Assembly: GCF_964355755.1 (NCBI RefSeq)
Contig: NC_092677.1
Location: forward strand, 1-64,000
Reading direction: 5' to 3'
DNA: 64,000 nt
Source: Antedon mediterranea
Taxonomy: Eukaryota; Animalia; Echinodermata
Within the stretch, counting starts at the first letter, position 1. Each line of letters starts with the position of its first letter. The translations under genes were made by a program, and so were the position numbers. The notes beneath the pieces were generated by a model, which searched no databases, had not been told where the DNA came from, and was given only the letters and a program-made list of their open reading frames with translations. Of this stretch, positions 1 through 12,904 are shown in pieces.

Positions 1-2320
1 ACTAACCCTAACCCTAATAACCTAACCCTAACCCCAACTAACCCCTAACCCTAACCCAAACCCTACCCCCCAACCCTTAATAACCCTAACCCTAACCTAA
101 CCCTAACCCTAACCCTAACCCTAACCCTAACCCTAACCCTAACCCTAACCCTAAACCCCTAACCCTAACCCTAACCCTAACCCTAACCCTAACCCTAACC
201 CTAACCCAACCCTAACCCTAACCCTAACCCTAACCCCTAACCCTAACCCTAACCCTAACCCTAACCCTAACCCTAACCCTAACCCTAACCCTAACCCTAA
301 CCCTAACCCTAACCCTAACCCTAACCCTAACCCTAACCCTAACCCTAACCCTAACCCTAACCCTAACCCTAACCCTAACCCTAACCCTAACCCTAACCCT
401 AACCCTAACCCTAACCCTAACCCTAACCCCTAACCCTAACCCTAACCCTAACCCTAACCCTAACCCTAACCCTAACCCTAACCCTAACCCTAACCCTAAC
501 CCTAACCCTAACCCTAACCCTAACCCTAACCCTAACCCTAACCCTAACCCTAACCCTAACCCTAACCCTAACCCTAACCCTAACCCTAACCCTAACCCTA
601 ACCCTAACCCTAACCCTAACCCTAACCCTAACCCTAACCCTAACCCTAACCCTAACCCTAACCCTAACCCTAACCCTAACCCTAACCCTAACCCTAACCC
701 TAACCCTAACCCTAACCCTAACCCTAACCCTAACCCTAACCCTAACCCTAACCCTAACCCTAACCCTAACCCTAACCCTAACCCTAACCCTAACCCTAAC
801 CCTAACCCTAACCCTAACCCTAACCCTAACCCTAACCCTAACCCTAACCCTAACCCTAACCCTAACCCTAACCCTAACCCTAACCCTAACCCTAACCCTA
901 ACCCTAACCCTAACCCTAACCCTAACCCTAACCCTAACCCTAACCCTAACCCTAACCCTAACCCTAACCCTAACCCTAACCCTAACCCTAACCCTAACCC
1001 TAACCCTAACCCTAACCCTAACCCTAACCCTAACCCTAACCCTAACCCTAACCCTAACCCTAACCCTAACCCTAACCCTAACCCTAACCCTAACCCTAAC
1101 CCTAACCCTAACCCTAACCCTAACCCTAACCCTAACCCTAACCCTAACCCTAACCCTAACCCTAACCCTAACCCTAACCCTAACCCTAACCCTAACCCTA
1201 ACCCTAACCCTAACCCTAACCCTAACCCTAACCCTAACCCTAACCCTAACCCTAACCCTAACCCTAACCCTAACCCTAACCCTAACCCTAACCCTAACCC
1301 TAACCCTAACCCTAACCCTAACCCTAACCCTAACCCTAACCCTAACCCTAACCCTAACCCTAACCCTAACCCTAACCCTAACCCTAACCCTAACCCTAAC
1401 CCTAACCCTAACCCTAACCCTAACCCTAACCCTAACCCTAACCCTAACCCTAACCCTAACCCTAACCCTAACCCTAACCCTAACCCTAACCCTAACCCTA
1501 ACCCTAACCCTAACCCCCCTAACCCTAACCCTAACCCTAACCCTAACCCTAACCCTAACCCTAACCCTAACCCTAACCCTAACCCTAACCCTAACCCCCT
1601 AACCCTAACCCCTAACCCTAACCCTAACCCTAACCCTAACCCTAACCCTAACCCTAACCCTAACCCTAACCCTAACCCCTAACCCTAACCCTAACCCCTA
1701 ACCCTAACCCTAACCCTAACCCTAACCCTAACCCTAACCCTAACCCTAACCCTAACCCTAACCCTAACCCTAACCCTAACCCTAACCCTAACCCTAACCC
1801 CCTAACCCTAACCCTAACCCTAACCCCTAACCCTAACCCTAACCCTAACCCTAACCCTAACCCTAACCCCCTAACCCTAACCCTAACCCTAACCCTAACC
1901 CTAACCCCTAACCCTAACCCTAACCCTAACCCTAACCCCTAACCCTAACCCTAACCCTAACCCTAACCCCTAACCCTAACCCTAACCCTAACCCTAACCC
2001 TAACCCCCTAACCCTAACCCTAACCCTAACCCTAACCCTAACCCTAACCCTAACCCTAACCCCTAACCCCTAACCCCTAACCCTAACCCTAACCCCTAAC
2101 CCTAACCCTAACCCTAACCCTAACCCTAACCCCTAACCCTAACCCTAACCCTAACCCCTAACCCTAACCCTAACCCTAACCCCTAACCCTAACCCTAACC
2201 CTAACCCTAACCCTAACCCTAACCCCTTAACCCTAACCCTAACCCTAACCCCTAACCCTAACCCCTAACCCTAACTCCTAACCCCTAACCCTAACCCCTA
2301 ACCCTAACCCTAACCCTAAC
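1..2320. repeat. Telomeric repeat array (CCCTAA)n = TTAGGG telomere, left chromosome end
   Basis: Near-perfect CCCTAA tandem from position 1. CCCCTAA/CCCCCTAA variants increase in the proximal ~800 bp, with an abrupt junction to unique sequence at 2320/2321. Confidence 0.99.
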
Positions 2321-3119
2321 ATTTAACAACCATTTTTTAATATTTACTTAGACCTAATCTATTGATTACAATTCAGGAGTTACAAATTAGGAGTTAACAT
2401 TTTTGGTATCATTACTTCACACAACTTAGACAAACAAATGTCACATTAATGTGTAATACAAACTGAACTATTATGTATTTGAGAAAAACATAAATATATA
2501 TTCCCTCCATAAATGTGCATATAATTGGGGTATACTCAAGAAAAGGGGTTTATAATTGAGACATAAAGTAACTATTATATAAAATATGATTATAAAATAC
2601 AGTATTTAATTGTTTGCTTATAATTTGAAATAGTATTACTGTACTATTTATTATAGGCCTATATATTTAACATTAGACTTAGAGGGGTGGCAAATCCATA
2701 GAGATCATTTTGAGATCTCAGCTGAAGAACATGAAATAGTTTATAAAAAAATTTTTAATAATCCAGCGATTTTAGTCTGGGTGCACAAAACACAAACTTT
2801 TAATTTAAACTCATCTCTACAGTTCATTCTTTGGCTCCCTGCTGTTAGATTAGAACTGACCTTGCTAACCACAAGGCCACTTGCATTCTTTAATTTTGTG
2901 TGCAAAAAATGTACCCATGGTATAATGGTGGTTTCTAAATACAATGAGTGACCAATTCCAAAATAGGCTGTGCATTGCAGCCAATCAGAAGCAAGGAAGG
3001 CTGAGCCTGGAAGATGAACAAGGTGTTACTAAGACATTAATGACTGGCTTTAGGCAAAAATAAACAAGTAAGATGCCAGAAGCAAAAGCTCACGCTAAAT
3101 AGGGCTCGTTCTCCTAATG

Positions 3120-3146
3120 GACAGACAGACAGTCTAGACAGTTCAG

Positions 3147-3177
<31 letters not shown>

Positions 3178-4857
3178 AGACAGTTCAGACAGACAGTCTA
3201 GACATACAGACAGTTCAGACAGACAGACAGACAGACTAGACAGGCAGACAGTCTAGACCGTTCAGACAGACAGACAGAGAGTCAATACAGACAGGCAGTA
3301 CACAGTTCAGACAGACAGACAGTCTAGACAGACTAGACAGTTCAGACAGACAGACAGTCTAGACAGACAGACAGACAGTCTAGACAGTTCAGAGAGACAG
3401 ACAGTCTAGACAGACAGACAGTCTAGACAGTTCAGACAGACAGACAGTCTAGACAGAAAGACAGTCTAGACAGTTCAGACAGACAGATAGTCTAGACAGA
3501 CAGACAGACAGTCTAGACAGTTCAGACAGACCGACAGTCTAGACAGACAGACAGTCTAGACAGACAGACAGTATAGACAGTTCAAACAGAGAAACAGTCT
3601 AGACAGACAGACAGGCTAGACAGTCCAGACAGACAGACAGTCTAGACAGTTCAGACAGACAGTATAGACCGAAAGACAGTCTAGACAGTTCAGACAGACA
3701 GTCTAGACAGACAGACAGTCTAGACAGTTCAGACAGACCGACAGTCTAGACAGACAGACAGTCTAGACAGTTCAGACAGACAGTCTAGACAGACATTCTA
3801 GACAGTTCAGACAGACCGACAGACTAGACAGTTCAGACAGACAGGCAGTCTAGACAGTTCAGACAGACAGACAGACAGTCTAGACAGACAGGCAGTAGAC
3901 AGTTCAGACAGACAGACAGTCTAGACAGACAGTCTGGACAGTTCAGACAGACAGACAGTCTAGGCAGACAGACAGTCTAGAGAGACAGACAGTCTAGACA
4001 GTTAAGACAGACAGACAGTCTAGACAGTTCATACAGACAGACTGTCTAGACTGTCTGTATGTCTGAACTGGACGGACAGGCAGACAGACAGACAGACAGA
4101 CAATCTAGACCGTCCAGACAGACAGACAGACAGTCTAGACAGTTCAGACAGTTCAGACAGACAGACAGTCTAGACAGACAGACAGTCTAGACAGAAAGAC
4201 AGTCTAGACAGTTCAGACAGACAGACAGTCTAGACAGTTCAGACAGACCGACAGTCTAGACAGACTGACAGTCTAGACAGACAATCTAGACAGACAGACA
4301 GTATAGACAGTTCAGACAGAGAAACAGTCTAGACAGACAGACAGGCTAGACAGTCCAGACAGTTCAGACAGACAGTATAGACAGAAAGACAGTCTAGACA
4401 GTTCAGACAGACAGTCTAGACAGACAGACAGTCTAGACAGTTCAGACAGACAGTATAGACAGAAAGACAGTCTAGACAGTTCAGACAGACAGTCTAGACA
4501 GACAGACAGTCTAGACAGTTCAGAAAGACCGACAGTCTAGACAGACAGACAGTCTAGACAGTTCAGACAGACAGACAGTCTAGACAGTTCAGACAGACCG
4601 ACAGACTAGACAGTTCAGACAGACAGACAGACAGTCTAGACAGTTCAGACAGACAGACAGTCTAGACAGACAGTCTGGACAGTTCAGACAGACAGACAGT
4701 CTAGGCAGACAGACAGTCTAGAGAGACAGACAGTCTAGACAGTTAAGACAGACAGACAGTCTAGACAGACAGACAGTCTAGACAGTTCATACAGACAGAC
4801 AGTCTAGACAGACAGTCTGTCAGTCTGTCTAGACTGTCTGTCTGAACTGTCTAGACT
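3120..4857. repeat. Complex GACA-type subtelomeric satellite (modules CAGA, CAGTCTAGA, CAGTTCAGA)
   Basis: Irregular mix of (GACA)n, GTCTAGAC and GTTCAGAC. Local strand flips at ~4042-4070 and ~4815-4857. Confidence 0.95.
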
Positions 4858-5251
4858 GTGCGCTACTATACCATTTGGTTATACTTGCGCATAATGATAT
4901 TGAATAGGTTAAACTTTGAGTAATAAACAAAGTTTAGCATTGTGCGCTACTATACCATTTGGTTATACTAGCGCATAATGATATTGAATAGGTTAAACTT
5001 TGATTAATAAATGAAGTTTAGCATTGTGCGCTACTATACCATTTGGTTATACTTGCGCTTAATGATATTGAATAGGTTAAACTTTGATTAATAAACGAAG
5101 TTTAACATTGTGCGCTACTGTAGTAGGAATATGTTATACTCCTATTCGTTCAATGCAAATAAAACTGAGACAACATCATGGAGCTAAATGTATTACTAGC
5201 CTTAAATGTGTCCGTCGTCCATTTCGCGTCCAATCTTAGGCCCAAAATGCC

Positions 5252-6301
5252 GGGTGTCACGAAACCTAAGACCACGAAAGCTAAGACCCCCTAAGACCTA
5301 AGATCACGAAAGCTAAGACCCAAGACCTAAGATTACAAATTCTAAGATATACTACAGCTTAAAAACAATACTTGTTTATCCATACATAATTTTAAACACA
5401 GTAGGTTTCATTTATTACCATAAATATAATTTAATACTACCGAAAAACATAGATAAACTCACATTATTTTCGCCCGTTGAGTAAATGTATATTTTTTCTT
5501 TACAACAAACAAACTTGACGGGTTGTTTGTTGGTATATATTTACTCCAATGTGTTGGTTCAGAGGATGTTTTTCTTACGCACCTGCCTTTCTTGTATTTT
5601 GACTCCAAATTTGTTGACTAACTTTATCCTGAATACCACACTTTAAAATTAGGACTTATAAGTACTTTCAGAAGGAGAAACACATAATAAAAAATAAATA
5701 AATCCTTTAAATTGATGATTTTACAGGCGTGTTTCTTTGTATACTGTAATGTAACTCCTCGCTCAATGTTTTTGTTTCTATGGAGCGCCAAAAGAGCAAC
5801 AATAATAGTACAAGTATAAAAACAGAAAGAAAACGAAACAAAAAAAAATTGATTTTTAAGTTAAAATTTATTTGCCAGTATTTATTTCTTCGTACTTGCA
5901 TTATCATTACAATTTTAATTTTACATTGTTTATGTAGATGGACTCCACAGAGTTTTCAGCCCTCTATATAATTTTTGCTCTTTTGACGTTCCATAGAAAC
6001 AAAAACATTGAACATGGGGTAGGCCTACTAGTGTACTATACTGTCTGTAGGCTAGTCATTTTGTGTGCGAGAAAAACGTCTGTAAAATCATCAATTTAAA
6101 AATGTATTTGTTACTTTTTATGTGATTCTTTTTCATGAAAGTGCCAATTCTAAGGTGTGGTATCAGAATAAATGTTGGGAGTTAAAATACAAGGCAGGTG
6201 CGAAAGATAAATATTTGTAATCTTAGGTCTTGGGTCTTAGCTTTCGTGATCTTAGGTCTTAGGGGGTCTTAGCTTTCGTGGTCTTAGGTTTCGTGACACC
6301 C
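5252..6301. mobile_element. Non-autonomous Mutator-like (MULE) MITE
   Basis: ~88-bp perfect TIRs GGGTGTCACGAAACCTAAGACC... and a 10-bp TSD CCAAAATGCC (5242-5251, 6302-6311). The empty site is visible in the inverted arm at ~7035-7055. Confidence 0.85.
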
Positions 6302-6330
6302 CCAAAATGCCAAAATATATACCCTGCGTC

Positions 6331-7021
6331 CAGACTGTCAGTCTGTCTGAACTGTATGTCTGAACTGTCTAGACTGTCTGTCTGTCTAGACTGTCTGTCT
6401 GTCTGAACTGTCTAGACTGTCTGCCAGTCTAGACTGTCTGTCTGTATGAACTGTCTAGACTGTCTGTCTAGACTGTCTGTCTCTCTGAACTGTCTGTCTG
6501 TCTAGACTGTCTGTCTTTCTGTCTGAACTGTCTAGACTGTCTGTCTTTGTACACTGTCTGTCTGAACTGTCTAGACTGTCTGTCTTTCTAGACTGTCTGT
6601 CTGAACTGTCTTGACTGTCTGTCTGTCTGAACTGTCTAGACTGTCTGTCTGTCTAGACTGTCTGTCTAGACTGTCTGTCTGTCTGTCTGAACTGTCTAGA
6701 CTGTCTGTCTGTCTGAACTGTCTAGACTGTCTGTCTGTCTGTCTGTCTGAACTGTCTAGACTGTCTGTCTGTCTAGACTGTCTGTCTATCTGTCTGAACT
6801 GTCTAGACTGTTGGTCTGTCTAGACTGTCTGAACTGTCTAGACTGTCTGTCTGTCTGTTGGTCTGTCTGAACTGTCTAGACTGTCAGTCTAGACGGTTCA
6901 GACAGACAGTCTAGACAGAAAAACAGTCTAGACAGTTCAAACAGACAGTCTAGACAGACAGACAGTCTAGACAGTTCAGACATGCAGACAGTCTAGACAG
7001 TTCAGACAGACTGACAGTCTG
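6331..7021. repeat. GACA-type satellite, inverted then switching strand at ~6890
   Basis: (CTGT)n/GTCTAGAC/CTGAAC modules, then (GACA)n modules after ~6890. Confidence 0.93.
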
Positions 7022-7546
7022 AACGCAGGGTATATGTTTTGGCATTTTGGGCTTAAGATGGGACGCGAAATGGACGACGGACCCATTTAAGGCTAGTAAT
7101 AAATTTAGCTCCATGATGTTGTCTCAGTTTTATTTACATTGAACGAATAGGAGTATAACATCTTCCTACTACAGTAGCGCACAATGTTAAACTTCGTTTA
7201 TTAATCAAGGTTTAACCTATTCAATATCATTAAGCGCAAGTATAACCAAAATGGTATAGTAGCGCACAATGCTAAACTTCATTTATTAATCAAAGTTTAA
7301 CCTATTCAATATCATTATGCGCAAGTATAACCAAATGTTATAGTAGCGCACAATGCTAAACTTCGTTTATTAATCAAAGTTTAACATATTCAATATCATT
7401 GTGCGCTAGTATAACCAAAATGGTACAGTAGCGCACAATGTTAAACTTCGTTTAACCTATTCAATATCATTATGCGCAAGTATAACCAAAATGGTATAGT
7501 TGCGCACAATGCTAAACTTCGTTTATTAATCAAAGTTTAACCTATT

Positions 7547-9043
7547 CAGGCCCGTAGCCAGGAGGGTTTTTTGGGGTTCGGGCGAACCCCCCTTATGCGC
7601 GAACCCCCCTTTTACCAGCGAACCCCCTTGAAAAACAAAGGCCCCACTTCCAAAATCGTGCTTCCCCTAATCTCATAGTGTATATGGCCAACAGTGCTGG
7701 CCACCAGGCAAGGAGCACATGGTTAGTGCTCTCCTCTCCTCATATTGCTGTAATGCATGCATGGAAATAGGAAAGATTTTCATATAGGCCTACCCAACAT
7801 GATATTCCTGGTTCATTATCAGCCCAAAAAAACTGAACATCATTTGGATTGATTTTATAATGGTCATACACACAATAAGAAGGTATATATTTAAATAATA
7901 TGAAATTAAAGTTACTTAAATAGACATAGGCTAGCCCTACCCACACAGTGCATCGTACCTGAAACAATATGGGGATTTCCCTTTTCATTGAACGTTCAGT
8001 TGCAGTAGAGACTGATTACGATGTAATAAAGGCAATCAAACAAAATTATATCATTTGATTCTAATAAATATGTCTCAAATATCGTTGTTTTATTATTAAA
8101 ATACCATTGTTTTGATTGTAAAATGTTTAAATTTCGGCCTAGAAATAAGTGCGTCTTATGCATCGACTACATAAAAAATACTAATATTTCAGTCTCCGTT
8201 ATGGGTGCGTCTTATACACAGGTGCGATTTGTACACCGAAATATACGGTACTATTTGTTTTTTATGTTTATAGGATAAGAAATTATTTAAGGGCCTAATA
8301 TAATATACTTTTTTGCAACAATAAAGCTGTATTTCATGATCAGTACTACTAACTTCCATAATACTGTACTATATAATTTCTCTGCATAACTCAGATTTTA
8401 GTAGGTAAACAATGTCTCTGTAAGCTTATTAAAACAACCGAAATTGCTCTGAGAGCCAAAGCTTCCAGGGGCCTTCGCCCCCTGGACCCCGACCGGGGGC
8501 CCTTGCCGGCCCCCTGGCCCCCAGCCTACAGTTGCTCGCTGCGCTCGCAAAATACTTGGTGTCAAGAAAACCCCCCTCTGATGCATTCTGGCTACGGGCC
8601 TGGTATAAATACTCCATGGCCCTGATCGGTCTCATCAATAAAATCGAACATGAATTTAAAAATAGACAGTTTGCAATCGGCTTGTTTATAGCCTCTCTAA
8701 GGCCTTTTACACCATTGACCATAACATTCTCCTTTACAAAAATTATCACATTGCGGCACTATACTTAAAGACAACTACCGAGAACCATATTTTAACAACG
8801 TCATTAGAGATGTGTACATATGATTTCAGAAAAAAATTGCGATATTTTTGAGATCTAATTCTAAGGTGTGGTACTCACGATAAAGTTACTTAACAAATTT
8901 TAAGTCGAAATAAGTGACAGGTGCGAAACGGAACTACCGCCCTTGCCGGCCCCCCTGGCCCCCAGCCTACAGTTGCTCGCTGCGCTCGCAAAATACTTGG
9001 TGTCAAGAAAACCCCCCTCTGATGCATTCTGGCTACGGGCCTG
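7547..9043. mobile_element. Non-autonomous hAT-like MITE with duplicated right end and a captured inverted flank
   Basis: TIR CAGGCCCGTAGCCAG at 7547; its complement ends at both 8602 and 9043. 5-bp TSD CTATT (7542-7546, 9044-9048). 8603-8942 is the reverse complement of ~10180-10519. Confidence 0.75.
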
Positions 9044-9415
9044 CTATTCAATATCATTATGCGCTAGTATAACCAAAATGGTATAGTAGCGCACAATGCT
9101 AAACTTTGTTTATTACTCAAAGTTTAACCTATTCAATATCATTATGCGCAAGTATAACCAAAATGGTATAGTAGCGCACAGTAGTACTAAATTTAGCGCC
9201 ATGATGTTGTCTCAGTTTTATTTGCATTGAACGAATAGGAGTATAACATCTTCCTACTACAGTACACTATCTTTGTGAAGTACTAATAATAGCACCACAG
9301 TGTCAATATGACCACACCCCGACGCCTCGGCCCGGAAACTAAAGATACCAGGCCTACTAAACCTGGCCTAATGTTTGTTCGGAACTATTTTACGACTATG
9401 GCTAGGCTAGCCTAG

Positions 9416-9726
9416 AGTAGCGCACAATGCTAGACTTCGTTTATTAATCAAAGTTTAACATATTCAATATCATTGTGCGCTAGTATAACCAAAATGGTAC
9501 CGTAGCGCACAATGTTAAACTTCGTTTATTAATCAAAGTTTAACCTATTCAAGTACAGGTATAACCAAAATGGTATAGTAGCGCACAATGCTAAACTTCG
9601 TTTATTAATCAAAGTTTAACATATTCAATATCATTATGCGCTAGTATAACCAAAATGGTACAGTACGGTAGCGCACAATGTTAAGCTTCGTTTATTAATC
9701 AAAGTTTAACCTATTCAATATCATTA
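9416..9726. repeat. Additional copies of the 84-bp subtelomeric tandem repeat
   Basis: GTAGCGCACAATGCTAAACTTCGTTTATTAATCAAAG... units, about 4 copies. Confidence 0.85.
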
Positions 9727-9802
9727 TTTTTGTCCATTTTGAGTCCAACCCTAGGCCCATGTGTCCATAAATTGTACCTTTTGTACACAAATCGGACTTC
9801 TA

Positions 9803-10178
9803 GTATGTTCCGGCTATGGTCCAAGTATGTTCCGAGTATGTTCCAGCTATGATCCGGCTATGTTCCAAATATGATCCGAGTATGTTCCGAGTATGTTCCG
9901 AATATGTTCCGGGTATGTTCCGGGTATTTTCCAAGTATGTTTCGAGTATGTTTTGAGTATGTTCCTAGTATGTTCCGAGTATGTTCCGAGTATGTTCCAA
10001 ATATGTTCCGAGTACGTTCCGAGTATGTTCCAAGTATGTTCTGAGTTTGTTCCACTATGTTCCAAGTATGTTCCGAGTATGTTCCAAGTATGTTCCGAGT
10101 ATGTTCCGAGTACGTTCCATGTACCTTCCGAATATCTTCCGGGTACGTTTCTGGTATGTTCCGGGTATGTTCCGCGTA
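9803..10178. repeat. 11-bp minisatellite (TATGTTCCGAG)n
   Basis: Degenerate tandem 11-mers. These account for the repetitive ORFs at 9847-10232. Confidence 0.95.
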
Positions 10179-10789
10179 TGGGCGGTAGTTCCGTTTCGCA
10201 CCTGTCACTTATTTCGACTTAAAATTGGTTAAGTAACTTTATCGTGAGTACCACACCTTAGAATTAGATCTAAAAAATATCGCAATTTTTTTATGAAATC
10301 ATATGTACACATCTCTAATGACGTTGTTAAAATATGGTTCTCGGTAGTTGTCTTTAAGTATAGTGCCGCAATGTGATAATTTTTGTAAAGGAGAATGTTA
10401 TGGTCAATGGTGTAAAAGGCCTTAGAGAGGCTATAAACAAGCCGATTGCAAACTGTCTATTTTTAAATTCATGTACGATTTTATTGATGAGACCGATCAG
10501 GGCCATGGAGTATTTATACTCTTTCCTTAAACTGAATTTTGTATTATGATAATATTTTTATATTTAGAAATAAAGTAAATTGTTCTGTTATAAATAATTT
10601 TGTCCAAGGCTTCTGAGAAAATTGAAAGAATTTAAATAGGTCAGTAATTTGAATTATCGGATTTGCAAATGGGGTAACACTAACATATGCTAGCTACATT
10701 TGAAGACACACAGAGGGGGCGTGAAACGACTAGGCATCTATTACTGAGTATCAGGTGGGTGACATTTCCGCATACATCAGATTGAAAAA

Positions 10790-11000
10790 TGGGGTCCACA
10801 TGAGCACAGTGTATTAACATACGAAAAAATATTAAAATTAGTTACTTATCTCTATTTATATCACTGTGCTCCACCGGTGGTAAATTTGGTCCACTGGACC
10901 AGTTACCGTAGTACTATTTCTATTTCGGAAGTAAATAAAGGCATAAATGGCGCTCCGTAGAGAATGCTCCAGTCGTCAGAATGACCTCTAAATATACCTC
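10790..11000 (-). mobile_element. Terminal fragment of the TIR element family found at 36410-40024
   Basis: Reverse complement of ~36410-36625 (one satellite unit, subterminal region, TIR-like end ...AATATACCTC). It ends 75 bp upstream of the kinase ATG. Confidence 0.8.
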
Positions 11001-11075
11001 TCAGGCCTCGCCTAATATAGTAGCTTCAGAAGGCGGAAGAAGCTTCTGCTAGCCTAGCACCTTTATATTATTATA

Positions 11076-12829
11076 ATGTCCAATATTGAAGCGGATAACC
11101 CTTCATATAGCCTGTTTATAAATAGTAAAGAATTGACATTTAATGATGATGGAGAACTCCCAATTTCGGTCAGCAGCAGATGCCGGCAGTTTTCAATCAG
11201 ACGAGCTATCCTTCGTCGGCGGCGGACGTCGACTACCACCACCACCACCAGCAGTAGTACTAGGCCTAGGCTTAGTATGAGTAATCAAGGTGAAACCGTA
11301 GAAGTAGCTGTGAAAAATGTACACGATTTTACCGGCGAAGAAATTAAAAAACTCGTCTCTCTTGAACACAGAAATATTGTCCGATTTATTGGAGCCATAA
11401 AAGAGGACGTTGTTAATGCGATCGTGATGGAATTTGTAACTGGGGGTAATTTATATGAATACATTGCCAGAAATAGGGAACAAAAAAAGTGTATTGGCCT
11501 ACGATTGTGTTTTAATCTGACTTTACAATGTGCAAGAGGTCTTGAATACTTACATGGTAAAAACATTATTCATAAAAATGTTCAATCGTATAACTGTCTA
11601 CTCAGTTCAACAACGAATATATTGAATTGTATTCTGAAATTGAGTAATTTTGGTTTTAAAAAACAACACCCTTATGCAATTGACCTGACTACCTTTCATG
11701 AATCGCGCAAGGCGTGGCAAGCACCTGAAGTTATTGACAATACAGAATTTTTCCGAAAAGCTTCCGATGTTTATTCCATAGGAATCATTGTCTGGGAGAT
11801 GCTGACATGCCAAAGGCCATGGAATGGTAAAACTGATCATGAAATTTATGAAAATGTAGTAAAACGTAGTGAACACTTAAAAATTGAAGATGAATGGCCT
11901 TGTCAATTGCAAAAACTGCTAAAAGATTGTTGGAAGACTGAGCGGGCACAAAGACCAATCATTTCTGATATATGTTGCAGAGTAGAAGTGGAAAATGAGT
12001 GTATGTCATCTTTATTAACCTCCTAAAAACAAATTGTGTACATCAGTACTTATGCACAATACAGTATAAGGTTATGCAATTTGACGCTGGTAGACAAAAA
12101 GAAGTTTAACCAACTGTGAATCCTTTATCATTTTTAGTTTACTGTCCCCATGCAAAAGCTCCACTAAATAATGTTTTATTGCACATTCATTACTCTTTAA
12201 TTAACCAACTACTAGAATACAGTATGTTCATTCATACCACTTTTCCAACAAAGGCACATTAAATGAATAGTTTCTTTTTTTTACTTTATTCAATCACATG
12301 AAAGTACTGTATAACCAATTCTCACTCCACTCCTTATACATATTTATCATTAAGTTCACTCCACTCCTTATACATATTTATCATTAAGTTCACTCCTTAT
12401 ACATATTTATCATTAAGTTCACTTAAGTTCACTCCACTCCTTATACATATTTATCATTAAGTTCACTTAACGCTTATTCTTTTTAAACAAGACTGCATTC
12501 TGTTTTTATTGCCAGATCAAAATACTCCTATAGATCTGGATAGGCCATTACGAATGATAGAGATACCAAAAATAGCATCACATCTTAAACCAAAATCACA
12601 TTGGAAAGAGTTTGCAGTTAACAATCTGGGAATTTGTGAAAGTGAATGCGATGCTCTTAAAAAAGAAGGAACCGACGACCAAGATCAATTGATATGTGAT
12701 GTACTTCGCAAATGGCTAATGCGAGAAGGCAAAAATGGAACAGTTGGCACACTAGCAGAACATCTTAAACATTCACGTCTATTTGACGTTTCCGGATACA
12801 AGTTTTTGTGTGGACTAAAACAACCTTAA
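11076..12829 (+). CDS. TKL-group (MLK/RIPK-like) pseudokinase with C-terminal death domain; exons 11076-12000 and 12516-12829, ~412 aa
   Basis: Kinase motifs VAVK, LEHRNIVRFIG, MEFVTGGNL, GLEYLH, HKNVQSYN, LSNFG, WQAPE, SDVYSIGIIVWEM, CW..RP. A phase-1 GT(ATGT)...CCAG intron joins in frame to a death-domain-like exon (WKEFAVNNLGI, VLRKWLMREGKNGTVGTLAEHL). Confidence 0.85.
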
Positions 12830-12904
12830 CTTTATTGGAAGAGGAAATAATACCAATGTTTGGATTTCAATATATTGATCATAAAGACCATGGACTACAG
12901 ATGA

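Larger units (their letters stand above)
4855..9183. repeat. Long inverted duplication / foldback with 84-bp tandem repeats in the arms and GACA satellite in the centre
   Basis: 4855-5251 plus 6302-6330 is the reverse complement of 7021-7546 plus 9044-9183, including the diagnostic variant TTTGAGTAATAAACAAAG. The 84-bp unit is TGTGCGCTACTATACCA...GTTTAGCAT. Confidence 0.85.

Noticed and set aside
6611-6823. 70-aa Cys/Leu/Ser-rich ORF
   Set aside because: Translation of the GACA satellite.
9847-10232. Overlapping ORFs of 72-116 aa on both strands
   Set aside because: These are translations of the 11-bp minisatellite.
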